A program made the position numbers and the translations under genes. Below are positions 40,171 through 48,887 of a stretch of DNA of 64,000 nucleotides, in pieces. The DNA lies in NCBI GenBank assembly GCA_964506845.1, contig CAZDNS010000001.1, forward strand, positions 5,618 through 69,617, given 5' to 3'. Position 1 is the first letter of the stretch, and each line of letters begins with the position of its first letter. A model generated the notes under the pieces. That model was not told where the DNA came from. It ran no database searches and saw only the letters and a program-made list of their open reading frames with translations. The DNA is from an uncultured Planctomycetia bacterium. GTDB lineage: Bacteria; Omnitrophota; Gorgyraeia; VGKN01.

Positions 40171-40952
40171 GGAAAAGGGATTATCTTTTGGCGTTCTTTG
40201 TTTGTTTATACCTTGTGAGTTTTATCGGATGTTCAACCGTATACAACACACAAAGGCATAAGGAAGAGGTAATATTTATCGATTCTGAGAAAGAGGCAAG
40301 GATCGGAGAAAACGTCTCAGAACAGGTAAAAAAAAGGTTTAAATTTTCAGAGGATAAACAGGTATGGGAAAGGATATCAGCCATCGGGAAAAAAATCGCA
40401 GAGGCCTGTAACAGAAAAGAAATATACTTTCAGTTCTTTGTTCTGGAGGAGGATGAGGTCAACGCCTTTTCATTGCCGGGAGGGTTTGTCTACCTAAATA
40501 CCGGTCTTATTAAAAAGGCTAAAAACGATGATGAACTTGCCGCTGTTGTTGCCCATGAGGTCGCTCATATAGCAGAGCGCCACGCGATGAAGCGGCTGGA
40601 GAACACCATCGGTTATTCAGCCTTAAAAATTTTAACCTTGAACATCCCCCAAGATGCAGCCTCGATAAGGAATTCTAACATTGCATTTACCCAGCTCTTG
40701 CTTTCCTATTCAAGAGAAGATGAGATAGAGGCAGATATTCTCTCAGTCAAATATCTAAATACTGCGGGCTTTAACCCTGCCGGTATACTCAGTTTTCTTA
40801 ACACCTTAAGAGAGATACAGATAAAGGAGCCACCTAAACCAAAAATTAGATTCAGGACACATCCTTATATTTCCGAAAGAATTGCCGCAGTAAAAAAAGA
40901 AATCTACGGCAAAAGGGATTTTAGCGACTATATAAACGTTATGGAAAACTAA
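40167..40952 (+). CDS. M48 family metallopeptidase (lipoprotein)
   Basis: Lipobox FIGC, NAFSLPGG, HEVAH, SREDEIEAD, THP. Confidence 0.9.
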   Translation: MRKRDYLLAFFVCLYLVSFIGCSTVYNTQRHKEEVIFIDSEKEARIGENVSEQVKKRFKFSEDKQVWERISAIGKKIAEACNRKEIYFQFFVLEEDEVNAFSLPGGFVYLNTGLIKKAKNDDELAAVVAHEVAHIAERHAMKRLENTIGYSALKILTLNIPQDAASIRNSNIAFTQLLLSYSREDEIEADILSVKYLNTAGFNPAGILSFLNTLREIQIKEPPKPKIRFRTHPYISERIAAVKKEIYGKRDFSDYINVMEN

Positions 40953-40962
40953 GGAGGTTAAG

Positions 40963-41319
40963 ATGTTTCTTAAATTGTTTAAAAGAAAAAGCAAGAAAGC
41001 ATCGACCCGGCCTGTTAAAAAGACAAAGCCTAAAAAACTGTTAAAAAAGAAAAAGGTATGCGAGAAAAAAATTGGAGTGGTTACGCACTATTTTCCAAAG
41101 GTAAAAGCCGGGGTGGTTAAAATAACAAGCGGTTCTGTAAAGATAGGTGATACTATTCGCATAAAGGGGCATACCACCGATTTTAAACAAAGGGCAACCT
41201 CTATTCAGATAAATAATAAACCTGTTCAAAAAGGTCAATTACATAAAGAGATTGGCATTCTGGTAAAGGGGAGGGTGAGAATAAAAGACACTGTTTATAA
41301 ATTAATCGAGTCCGCTTAA
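40963..41319 (+). CDS. Translation elongation factor-like (EF-Tu domain II-like) protein
   Basis: IGVVTHYF, GDTIRIKGHTTDF; Lys-rich N-terminus. Confidence 0.7.
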   Translation: MFLKLFKRKSKKASTRPVKKTKPKKLLKKKKVCEKKIGVVTHYFPKVKAGVVKITSGSVKIGDTIRIKGHTTDFKQRATSIQINNKPVQKGQLHKEIGILVKGRVRIKDTVYKLIESA

Positions 41320-41338
41320 AGCAACGGAGAAAAAACAT

Positions 41339-41983
41339 ATGAATAGAAAAAATCAAAAAAATAACTTCACAAGCGAGGATCCATGGAGAATCTTCAGGAT
41401 AATGTCAGAGTTCGTTGAGGGCTTTGACGTCCTTTCAAAAATAGGACCGGCGGTTTCCATATTCGGCTCAGCAAGAACCAAGCAAAATAATAAATATTAC
41501 AAACTGGCAACAGAGATTGCCGCGGTCCTATCCAAGGAAGGATTTGCCATAGTCACCGGCGCAGGACCCGGAATAATGGAAGCTGCAAACAAAGGCGCAA
41601 TAAAGGCAAAAGGGAAATCCATAGGCCTTAACATCCAGGTCCCTATAGTGCAGAAACCAAATAAATACATCGAGACCCTGCTTGATTTTAGATACTTTTT
41701 CTGCCGAAAGGTTATGTTCGTCAAATACAGCAATGCCTTTATTATCATGCCTGGGGGATTCGGCACAATGGATGAGCTCTTAGAGGCCATAACCCTTATT
41801 CAAACAGAAAGGATAAAACTCTTTCCCGTGATACTCGTGGGTAAGGAGTACTGGTCTGGCTTAATAGAGTGGATTAAAAATAAGATGCTCAAAGATGGAA
41901 ATATTTCAAAAGAAGACCTGCGCCTTTTTAAAATATCCGACGACCCTAAAGAAATAGTCTCCATAATCAAAAATTTTAATTAA
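41339..41983 (+). CDS. LOG family protein (TIGR00730)
   Basis: SIFGSAR, GPGIMEAAN, PGGFGTMDE. Confidence 0.9.
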   Translation: MNRKNQKNNFTSEDPWRIFRIMSEFVEGFDVLSKIGPAVSIFGSARTKQNNKYYKLATEIAAVLSKEGFAIVTGAGPGIMEAANKGAIKAKGKSIGLNIQVPIVQKPNKYIETLLDFRYFFCRKVMFVKYSNAFIIMPGGFGTMDELLEAITLIQTERIKLFPVILVGKEYWSGLIEWIKNKMLKDGNISKEDLRLFKISDDPKEIVSIIKNFN

Positions 41984-42003
41984 AAACGATAAATTATTAA
42001 AAA

Positions 42004-42032
42004 TTGAAAATGAATAAAAATAATGCTATTAT
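42004..42032 (+). promoter_or_regulatory. Sigma70-type promoter
   Basis: TTGAAA-17-TATTAT with TGn extension. Confidence 0.5.
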
Positions 42033-42078
42033 AAATAGTGTTATTACCTGTTAAAAAGCTATATTTTCAGTTAATAGT

Positions 42079-42627
42079 ATGCTAAAAAAAGGATTCTTAA
42101 TAATAGCAATAACTCATTTAATCCTAATTCAGTGTGCCTTTGCCCAGATAAGCAGTTCCAGGGAAAAAAACTTAAACGACTCAATTAAAAAACTGGAAAA
42201 CAGCCAAGAGCAGATTCGCCTTGATGCGGTAAATTCCCTGGGTTTTTTTGAAGACAGAAGAGTCCTGCCATATCTGATAAAAACCCTGGATGATAACAGT
42301 ACCGAGGTAAAAAAGGCAACGATTTTAGCATTGGGCAACCTTGGGGATAAGTCTGCTGTAGCGCCTATTAAAAAATTCCTGCAGGAGCCGACATTGGCCT
42401 GGTATGCGGCATTTTCTTTAGGTATGCTGCAAGACGAGGAGATTCTTGAGACCCTCAGCACCTATCTAAATGACAAAAGCATAACCAAAAGAAAATTTGC
42501 CGCCTACGCTATTTCCTGCATAAAGAGCGAGGCGGCCATAAAAACCCTAAATACTGAAATGGCTAAGGAAGGTCAGGAAGAACTCAGAAAGGAAATTGAG
42601 AAAATCCTGAAAAAATCAAAAGAATAA
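42079..42627 (+). CDS. Secreted HEAT-repeat protein
   Basis: Signal peptide; repeated A..ALG.LGD..AV motifs. Confidence 0.8.
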   Translation: MLKKGFLIIAITHLILIQCAFAQISSSREKNLNDSIKKLENSQEQIRLDAVNSLGFFEDRRVLPYLIKTLDDNSTEVKKATILALGNLGDKSAVAPIKKFLQEPTLAWYAAFSLGMLQDEEILETLSTYLNDKSITKRKFAAYAISCIKSEAAIKTLNTEMAKEGQEELRKEIEKILKKSKE

Positions 42628-42634
42628 ATCCCGC

Positions 42635-44464
42635 ATGAAAAATCCTATCTCTCTGCCAATCTTCACCATATCAGCATATAGGTCTTTTAGGGCACTGCTT
42701 ATAATTACCTCTGTCTTTATTTATACTATTTCTTTCAACTGGTATAATCCTTCATTTTATCTATTTATGTTATGCTGCTACAGCTATTGCTTTTCTTCTG
42801 TTGCGAGCCTCTTCGCCCATTTTCTGATTTATATCTTCTCTAAAGGTGTTATTCTTAATGAGAAGGAGGAAATAATAAATCCTGGGATCCAGCCATCGGT
42901 AAATATCGCCTTTTTCAGGCCAATATTTGCAAAAACAACGCAAGAAATGGATATCCTGCTTAACAGCATGGAAAAGGACATCATTAATAATCAGGAGCCC
43001 TCTAAGAATCTAAAGTTTATATTAATAGATAATACGAGGGACGAGTCGGTTAAGGCATATGCAAGAAAACGAATAAGGGAGCTTGAGGAGAAATTTGGAG
43101 ACGAGGTCGTCTATTATTTTCATAGGAATCCAAAATGCGATTTCTTTAAAAAGGTGGGGATATTAGAGGATGCTATAATGCTTCTTTCCTACGGATGGAC
43201 AAAACCAAGGGTTTATACCTCTAAAAAATGGGACACATGGACTAAAGGTACTAGAAATCCTAATGAACCCATCTTTGATGAAATCCTTGGTGAACCTACT
43301 GCTTTTGGCCTTGAGGCAAGAGCCGAAGATATAATTAAGGGAAATGATATCACGGTAGATGAAAAGAAAAAAATAAAAATAGCCTTTGTCTGCGATGCAG
43401 ACAACTACTGGCCAGCCGGCCAGATAAGAAAAATAGTGGCAAAAATATTACATCCCGACAATAAGGATATCGTAATATACCAGCCGTCTATCGAGATTTC
43501 AAACCCGGAGGACAACGGCTACATAAAACTCACGGTTCTGGCAAGGCTTATGTACGGGTTTGACTCTCTTGTAAAATGGAGGTTGTTTAGATTTTCTCCT
43601 TTCTACGGAAAGGGGGCTATAGTTGTAGAGCCCTATATAGACGGGATTATCTTGAAGGAGTGGCTCCATCCAGGAAAGGCGGCGAGCCACGATTTCCAAG
43701 AATCACTTAATGCTTGGACGGCTTTAGTGGAAGATGTATATATTATGGAAAAAACCTTTTCTAACAAAATATCCGAACTCATAAGAAATGCTCTGTGGAG
43801 CTGGGGAGACATGGAGACAGTCAAGCAGTTTTTATTTAAAAAGTTCCGGGCAGGCAAGAAGACCCACTTATTTGTCCTCCTTAGGAACGTAATCGGCCCA
43901 ATGGTATTTAGCCTTTGGCTAATAGGCACTACTGTTTCTTTTCTTGTAAAAGGGCTTAGCGAACTAAAGAATCCGGGTCTTTTATTTTCGCTCTTTAGCA
44001 TAATAATCTTTATCTCTGCGGTGATTCCGAAATTTGGGGTTCCTTTTATTTATAAATACAAGGCTAAAACCTATGCGCCTCCTACGCTACTACCGTTGGA
44101 TTTTTTAAGCATAATTAAAAACGGTCTAATAGAGTTTTTATTCTCGGTCGGAATACACGGCCTTGATTTAGTATACAAGCCTATTGCTTCTGTTCAAAAC
44201 CTCATAAAGCAATTCTTGGGTGTATCGTATGTATGGAAAACGGGGGCGATGGGCGAGATAGAAACTGCTGATATATCCCTGATTAAGACGTACAAAATCC
44301 TGCATCTGTCAACTGTTATCGGCGTAATGTTGTTTCTTTTGGCGATTTTTAAGGTTTTCCCGGTAATTCTAAGCATTATATTGTCTCCATTTATATTCTC
44401 TTTTATTCTTGGGCCTTGTTTAATCTGGGCTACTTCGAAACGAGTAAAATATCTTAACGCATAG
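42635..44464 (+). CDS. Membrane GT2 glucosyltransferase, OpgH/MdoH-like
   Basis: DAD, FYGKG, SHDFQES, RNALWSWG; flanking TM helices. Confidence 0.65.
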   Translation: MKNPISLPIFTISAYRSFRALLIITSVFIYTISFNWYNPSFYLFMLCCYSYCFSSVASLFAHFLIYIFSKGVILNEKEEIINPGIQPSVNIAFFRPIFAKTTQEMDILLNSMEKDIINNQEPSKNLKFILIDNTRDESVKAYARKRIRELEEKFGDEVVYYFHRNPKCDFFKKVGILEDAIMLLSYGWTKPRVYTSKKWDTWTKGTRNPNEPIFDEILGEPTAFGLEARAEDIIKGNDITVDEKKKIKIAFVCDADNYWPAGQIRKIVAKILHPDNKDIVIYQPSIEISNPEDNGYIKLTVLARLMYGFDSLVKWRLFRFSPFYGKGAIVVEPYIDGIILKEWLHPGKAASHDFQESLNAWTALVEDVYIMEKTFSNKISELIRNALWSWGDMETVKQFLFKKFRAGKKTHLFVLLRNVIGPMVFSLWLIGTTVSFLVKGLSELKNPGLLFSLFSIIIFISAVIPKFGVPFIYKYKAKTYAPPTLLPLDFLSIIKNGLIEFLFSVGIHGLDLVYKPIASVQNLIKQFLGVSYVWKTGAMGEIETADISLIKTYKILHLSTVIGVMLFLLAIFKVFPVILSIILSPFIFSFILGPCLIWATSKRVKYLNA

Positions 44465-44475
44465 AGAGGGGAAAA

Positions 44476-44874
44476 ATGAAAGAGAGACGAAGATATGCAC
44501 GCATAGGCATTGCTCTACCAATAAAATATAAAATTATAAATAAGAGCGGCTGGCATAAAACCTCCTCGTTAAATATAAGTGCCGGTGGAGTGCTTATTCC
44601 TACAGTGCCTTACCTGGATGTAGGAACCAAGTTGGACTTACAGATTTACCTGCCGGGTGAAAAAAAACCTATAAAAGCAATCGGAAGAGTAATATGGAGA
44701 AAACCTGCCGAGATATGGGAAGGTTTTAAGTTAAGCCATGAGATGAACGGATTTTTCGCAGGGATTGAATTTGCCAAGTTTACAAAAATCAAGGAGGACA
44801 ATACCGTTAAAATCATGGAATTTATCTACGAATGTCTCCATGATAAAGATTTTATGAAAAAATTTAAGGAATAA
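44476..44874 (+). CDS. PilZ-domain protein
   Basis: RRYAR (RxxxR) and NISAGG motifs. Confidence 0.88.
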   Translation: MKERRRYARIGIALPIKYKIINKSGWHKTSSLNISAGGVLIPTVPYLDVGTKLDLQIYLPGEKKPIKAIGRVIWRKPAEIWEGFKLSHEMNGFFAGIEFAKFTKIKEDNTVKIMEFIYECLHDKDFMKKFKE

Positions 44875-44895
44875 GCAGTAATAGAGAAGGGCAAT

Positions 44896-45014
44896 CTATC
44901 CCGTTGCCAGAGGACCATGGCCTATGGCCATGGGTGAATGGTGGTCCGGGACGTCGCGCCCCACGAGGGGCGTAAAAGTTTTAGGGGACCACGTGCATGC
45001 ACGTGGGGCTCCAG
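44896..45014 (+). mobile_element. Family F two-hairpin element (IS200/IS605-derived PATE-like), copy F1
   Basis: tctatcc...ccatggcctatggccatgg-gtgaatg...ccacgtgcatgcacgtgg-ggctccag. Confidence 0.65.
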
Positions 45015-45041
45015 TTATCAAAATGACTGCCTACCAAATGG

Positions 45042-45857
45042 ATGGAATACGAACAGCAACTTGTTTTATTAAAAAGGGTGAGAGACGTATCTGTAGCAGC
45101 AGGAGAGCTTATAAAAAGCCGCTTAGGAAGATTTGGAAATATATTCTTTAAGGGCCGGATAAACCTGGTTACAGATATAGACAAGGCCTCGCAGGAACTG
45201 ATAATTAAAAGGCTGAAAAAACTACTCCCAGAGGCTGATTTTCTGGCAGAAGAAGAGAAAAATACAATAAAAAGGACCAGAGAATTCAGGTGGATAGTAG
45301 ACCCCCTTGATGGCACCACAAATTTTGTCCACGGATTTCCCTTCTTTTGCGTTTCCATAGCCCTGCAGAAAGACTCTGAAATAGTTTTAGCCTCTGTTTA
45401 TGACCCCATACGAAAGGAGCTGTTTCATTCGCTTAAAAATAGCGGTTCTTTTTTAAACAAAAAACGAATCTCTGTTTCAAAAACCAAAACCCTGAAAGAA
45501 AGCCTGCTTGCTACAGGGTTTTCTTATAAATTCAGGAAATCAAGAGATAACAATATCGCAAATTTCATAAAACTGCTTGTTTCTTCTCAGGCTATAAGAC
45601 GGGCGGGTTCAGCAGCGCTGGACCTATGTTACGTGGCCTGCGCTAGATTTGACGGCTTCTGGGAACTAGACCTGAATCCCTGGGACACAGCAGCCGGTAT
45701 ACTTATTGTGAAAGAAGCGGGAGGGAAGGTTTCAAATTTTAAAGATAGGGAATATTCGCTTAAGGATAAGCAAATACTTGCCACTAACGGTTTAATACAT
45801 AAACAGATGCTGGGGTTACTCTGCAGGGATAAAAAAAGATTTTTGAGGTTCGTATAA
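45042..45857 (+). CDS. suhB: Inositol monophosphatase family protein
   Basis: WIVDPLDGTTNF, RRAGSAALD, WDTAAG. Confidence 0.9.
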   Translation: MEYEQQLVLLKRVRDVSVAAGELIKSRLGRFGNIFFKGRINLVTDIDKASQELIIKRLKKLLPEADFLAEEEKNTIKRTREFRWIVDPLDGTTNFVHGFPFFCVSIALQKDSEIVLASVYDPIRKELFHSLKNSGSFLNKKRISVSKTKTLKESLLATGFSYKFRKSRDNNIANFIKLLVSSQAIRRAGSAALDLCYVACARFDGFWELDLNPWDTAAGILIVKEAGGKVSNFKDREYSLKDKQILATNGLIHKQMLGLLCRDKKRFLRFV

Positions 45858-45862
45858 ATTTA

Positions 45863-46168
45863 GTGCCAGAAGAGCAGGATAAGAAGCCGTATGATTTAGA
45901 AACAAAACTTAGGATATTACGCATCAAATTCATTAATAAACTCGACCAAACCATAGGAGAAGAAAAACGCATCCTAAAGAAATATATAAGGATTAGTGGA
46001 GTCCCTCGGCCTATCCCTCGCAACTTGGCTCGGGATGGTGAGCGAAGTCGAACCAAAGGCCGAGGCTCCCTCCCGAGCAGAAAGAACAATATGGCATTCA
46101 TCCCTCGGGCTAAAGCCTGTGGATTCCTGCGAGGGATTGATAATTTTTTAACCCACAGAGCCGTATAA
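45863..46168 (+). CDS. Doubtful small ORF; 3' half is element F2
   Basis: GTG start; first ~44 codons look protein-like, the rest runs through element sequence. Confidence 0.3.
   Translation: MPEEQDKKPYDLETKLRILRIKFINKLDQTIGEEKRILKKYIRISGVPRPIPRNLARDGERSRTKGRGSLPSRKNNMAFIPRAKACGFLRGIDNFLTHRAV
45996..46140 (-). mobile_element. Family F element copy F2 with nested G insert (46014-46054)
   Basis: cctcggcct[..]aaggccgagg and atccctcgggctaaagcctgtggat hairpins. Confidence 0.65.
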
Positions 46169-46191
46169 AGTTAAGATAATATAAAAGACTC

Positions 46192-46220
46192 TTGACATAT
46201 AAACGCGCAAATATTAAAAT
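46192..46220 (+). promoter_or_regulatory. Near-consensus sigma70 promoter
   Basis: TTGACA-17-TAAAAT. Confidence 0.7.
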
Positions 46221-46233
46221 AAAGCAAAAAAAG

Positions 46234-46390
46234 GGTAACCGCAAAAGCGCAGAATAACCACCAAAGCGCAAAATATCCCTGCCTGTCGCCTGCCTGACGG
46301 TAGTCAGGGCAGGCGCAAAGAAAGACTTCTGCGTTTCGGCGTTTACTAATTTCGCTATTTAGCGGTTACAAATTTTGCGTTTCAGCGGTT
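46234..46390 (+). mobile_element. Family D element copy D2 with doubly nested B-type insert (46278-46313)
   Basis: Aligns with D1; extra cctgcctgtcg[cctgcctgacggtagtcagg]gcagg. Confidence 0.85.
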
Positions 46391-46439
46391 GCAAAAAAGG
46401 AGTGCTTTGACTACGCTCAGCACTTCGAAGGAGGTAAAA

Positions 46440-46823
46440 ATGGATAATGTATATACAGGCGAAGAAAAAAGACAGTTCTACAGGGTTAACTATGAAAAAG
46501 AACTTAATTTTGACAAATTTATTGGCTCAAGCGTGTCTGGTACCAACTCAGGGATAAGCAAAAATATAAGCCAGTCAGGGATATTAATCCAGACAGATAA
46601 CCCGCCATCTATATCAAACTTATTATGGATAAGCCTTGATTTAAGGACACTCAATATCTGCCAGGAAATAGAGCAGAATGCCCTGATTATCAAAAACGGA
46701 GTAGTTGGAAAGGTTGTCAGGCTTGAAGAATCTAAAACTGCTGAAGGAAGCTACGATGTAGGTGTGTGTTTTCTTAAAAAAGGCTCATCCATGGAAGAAA
46801 AACTGGCAAAAGCGCTTGTTTAA
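46440..46823 (+). CDS. PilZ-domain protein
   Basis: RQFYR and NISQSG motifs; ATG 46440 after GGAGG. Confidence 0.8.
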   Translation: MDNVYTGEEKRQFYRVNYEKELNFDKFIGSSVSGTNSGISKNISQSGILIQTDNPPSISNLLWISLDLRTLNICQEIEQNALIIKNGVVGKVVRLEESKTAEGSYDVGVCFLKKGSSMEEKLAKALV

Positions 46824-46832
46824 GCATTTCCA

Positions 46833-46988
46833 ATGCTAATAGTCGGTTTTATTATTCTAATAGTAACGTTCGTTGCAGTTATTTTTAGCATAGACCCCAC
46901 CATAAAAGAATGTCAGCACTGTAAAAGCCAAATCCGCTTAAAAGAGCTTTTCACGCACAAAAACTCCTGCCCTGAATGTAACAAATAG
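46833..46988 (+). CDS. 51-aa TM + Zn-ribbon protein (not in ORF track)
   Basis: MLIVGFIILIVTFVAVIFSIDPTIKECQHC...SCPECNK, read by hand. Confidence 0.55.
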   Translation: MLIVGFIILIVTFVAVIFSIDPTIKECQHCKSQIRLKELFTHKNSCPECNK

Positions 46989-47041
46989 GCTAAATATTAA
47001 TTTTTAATCAAAATCAATGACTTCTATTGGATATTCTATTA

Positions 47042-47069
47042 ACGTCCTATAATATATCTTATGTTAACT
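47042..47069 (+). other. dif site (XerC/XerD chromosome dimer resolution)
   Basis: acgtcctataa-tatatc-ttatgttaact (11-6-11), located at the gene-strand switch. Confidence 0.85.
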
Positions 47070-47155
47070 ATAATCACACAATAAATTTTATGTAAGTTAT
47101 TGTAATTAAAGAAGATATGTTAAAAAATGCGCAAGCTGTTAATATATGGCAGGAA

Positions 47156-47368
47156 TTACTTTCTAGTTCTTATCTCAACAGGTAAATAACCACTATCTAA
47201 TTGGGGAAGTCTTACCCCATTTATTGAGACTATGTTCACATCATTTGCTGTAACCGCATTGGCCGATATGGGGTGAAAAATACCCTTAATCAGATTAAAA
47301 AAAAGGCCAATTGCTATCAGGGTTAAAATTACCTTTGAATAGGTATCCAGTTCAATTTTACTCTTCAT
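47156..47368 (-). CDS. Small hypothetical protein with N-terminal TM
   Basis: AGGAGG RBS then MKSKIELDTYSKVILTLIAIGL. Confidence 0.6.
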   Translation of the reverse strand: MKSKIELDTYSKVILTLIAIGLFFNLIKGIFHPISANAVTANDVNIVSINGVRLPQLDSGYLPVEIRTRK

Positions 47369-47831
47369 AGAGATATCTCCTCCTTTTTTTGGCAATTTCT
47401 CTTATTCTGGTTCTATCAAACAACCTATCTATATCGAACTTGTTATATATCCTGAATAATAAAAAATAGGTAAAGGGCGATGCAGTTTTATTATTTATGA
47501 GGTCTAAAAGTAAATGGTGAGAATATCCGATACTTATTCCCAATACTACCATATTTTTGCTAAAAAATAACAGCCATAACCATAATGCTAAAACTATCTC
47601 AAAAGAGTGTAGGAATAAATAAACCTTATCAAAATTAACCTCAAAAAAAAGGCGCATTACTTTCCTGGGTTTCAACTTATAACAACCATACCTAAAATAC
47701 TCAAAAAGATGGTCTATGTCTATAAATACGCCACAAACAAGGTTAGAGATAGATATGGAAAGACAGTTAAAATAATTTAGCAGTAAAAGGCTAAATCCAC
47801 CTGAAATTACCAGATGATGTAATGGCCCTAT
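47358..47831 (-). CDS. Membrane metal-dependent hydrolase-like protein (apparent ATA start)
   Basis: H..., IDIDH, LHSFE, HHLLLD motifs; AAGGAG 9 nt before ATA. Confidence 0.6.
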   Translation of the reverse strand: MGPLHHLVISGGFSLLLLNYFNCLSISISNLVCGVFIDIDHLFEYFRYGCYKLKPRKVMRLFFEVNFDKVYLFLHSFEIVLALWLWLLFFSKNMVVLGISIGYSHHLLLDLINNKTASPFTYFLLFRIYNKFDIDRLFDRTRIREIAKKRRRYLYEE

Positions 47832-47850
47832 GGGAAAAATCTCCTTAAGA

Positions 47851-48056
47851 TTTATCCGCCTTCGCACTTGCCTGCCGCAGACAGGGAAAGCCACACCTGT
47901 CCTTCGACGAGCTCAGTATGGTGAGCCCTTCGACTCCGCTCAGGGCAGTGAGCCTGTCGAACTGCATGGTCGAACCATAAAGGTGTGGATGTCCGCCACG
48001 AATCTTGGCGGATGCTTCGGCGGGTTTCGCCCGATATGTTCATATGGGGCTTCACT
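47851..48056 (+). mobile_element. Family F element copy F3 with nested B, G-in-G and ccgcc/ggcgg inserts
   Basis: tttatccgccttcgca...ggggcttcac; ends match the reverse complement of F4. Confidence 0.8.
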
Positions 48057-48354
48057 TCTTGGCAGGAATCTCGATGCCCCCTGCATTCATTTTCTCAAAA
48101 ACAGGGCAACTTTTTACAAGGTTACATCTTTTTAATTCAAAACAGGCCTTTTTTGCTCCTATATAGAGAAGTCCTCCAAGACTACAAACTATTATGACAA
48201 TGGAGACAAAAACGCCAAGTTTTTTTGCTGCCCCCTTCTCTTTTATAGCCGTGATAAATACCTTATACCCCAGCGCAAGGGTAAGTAAATACAGCGCCCA
48301 GTTTATACCTGTGAATTTGCCATGATGCCAGAAAAAACCTTTTAAATCCTCCAT
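48052..48354 (-). CDS. Small two-TM protein with Cys-containing tail
   Basis: AGGAGG RBS; two hydrophobic helices. Confidence 0.7.
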   Translation of the reverse strand: MEDLKGFFWHHGKFTGINWALYLLTLALGYKVFITAIKEKGAAKKLGVFVSIVIIVCSLGGLLYIGAKKACFELKRCNLVKSCPVFEKMNAGGIEIPAKK

Positions 48355-48371
48355 ATCCCCTCCTTTTTTGC

Positions 48372-48501
48372 AACCGCTGAAACGCCTGTCTGCCGACAGG
48401 CAGACAAAATTTGTAACCGCTAAATAGCAAAATTAGTAAACGCCAAAACGCAGAAGTCTTTCTTTACGCCTCTGCCGATATTTTGCGCTTTGGCGGTTAC
48501 C
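48372..48501 (-). mobile_element. Family D element copy D3 with nested B insert (48385-48404)
   Basis: Reverse complement of D1/D2 plus a 20-bp insert. Confidence 0.85.
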
Positions 48502-48525
48502 CCTTTTGTTTGGTTAATTACATAC

Positions 48526-48615
48526 AAAAAAGGCTGCGAGACTTTGGGTTCGCTCAAACTTGTGACAGCCGGGTCACCTTTTTAAATTTCCTTAGCGCTC
48601 AATAGTCTCACAGCC
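48526..48615 (-). ncRNA. Candidate orphan structured RNA or attenuator
   Basis: 12-bp closing stem plus U-run, starting ~7 nt after a TTGACA-17-TAGAGT promoter. Confidence 0.4.
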
Positions 48616-48621
48616 AGCTAA

Positions 48622-48650
48622 ACTCTACCATATCGAACAGATTTTGTCAA
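48622..48650 (-). promoter_or_regulatory. Sigma70-type promoter
   Basis: TTGACA-17-TAGAGT with TGn extension. Confidence 0.65.
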
Positions 48651-48696
48651 TAGCAGTATTTAAAATTTAAGAAACGAGAAATATTTATAATTAACC

Positions 48697-48872
48697 GAGG
48701 GGTCGGGAAGTTTTTGTGTTTTTAGACCCCTCATCCTGAGGAGTAAAGCAACGAAGGATCTCATAGATCCTTCAGCCCTTCGGGCTTCCCCGGCCCGCTC
48801 CGCTTTGCCGGGGCGGGCAGGATGAGAGCCCTCGGCGAAAAAATAGAGAAAAAACTCCCCGAGAGCTCAATT
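48697..48872. mobile_element. Family E-like element E3 with nested 95-bp REP-like insert (48731-48825)
   Basis: Inner tcatcctgag...caggatga is 91/95 identical to 63831-63925. Confidence 0.85.
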
Positions 48873-48887
48873 AACTACCCCGATTGT

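Noticed and set aside
47830-48197. Overlapping ORFs 47830-48135, 47852-48055, 47985-48197 (and 44924-45151)
   Set aside because: Translations of nested F/G/B elements or antisense shadows of real genes.
48526-48615. SRP RNA, tRNA or c-di-GMP riboswitch identity for the orphan RNA
   Set aside because: Lacks the SRP GGAA-loop/AGCAG motif, the T-psi-C arm and the GEMM consensus, judged by eye.
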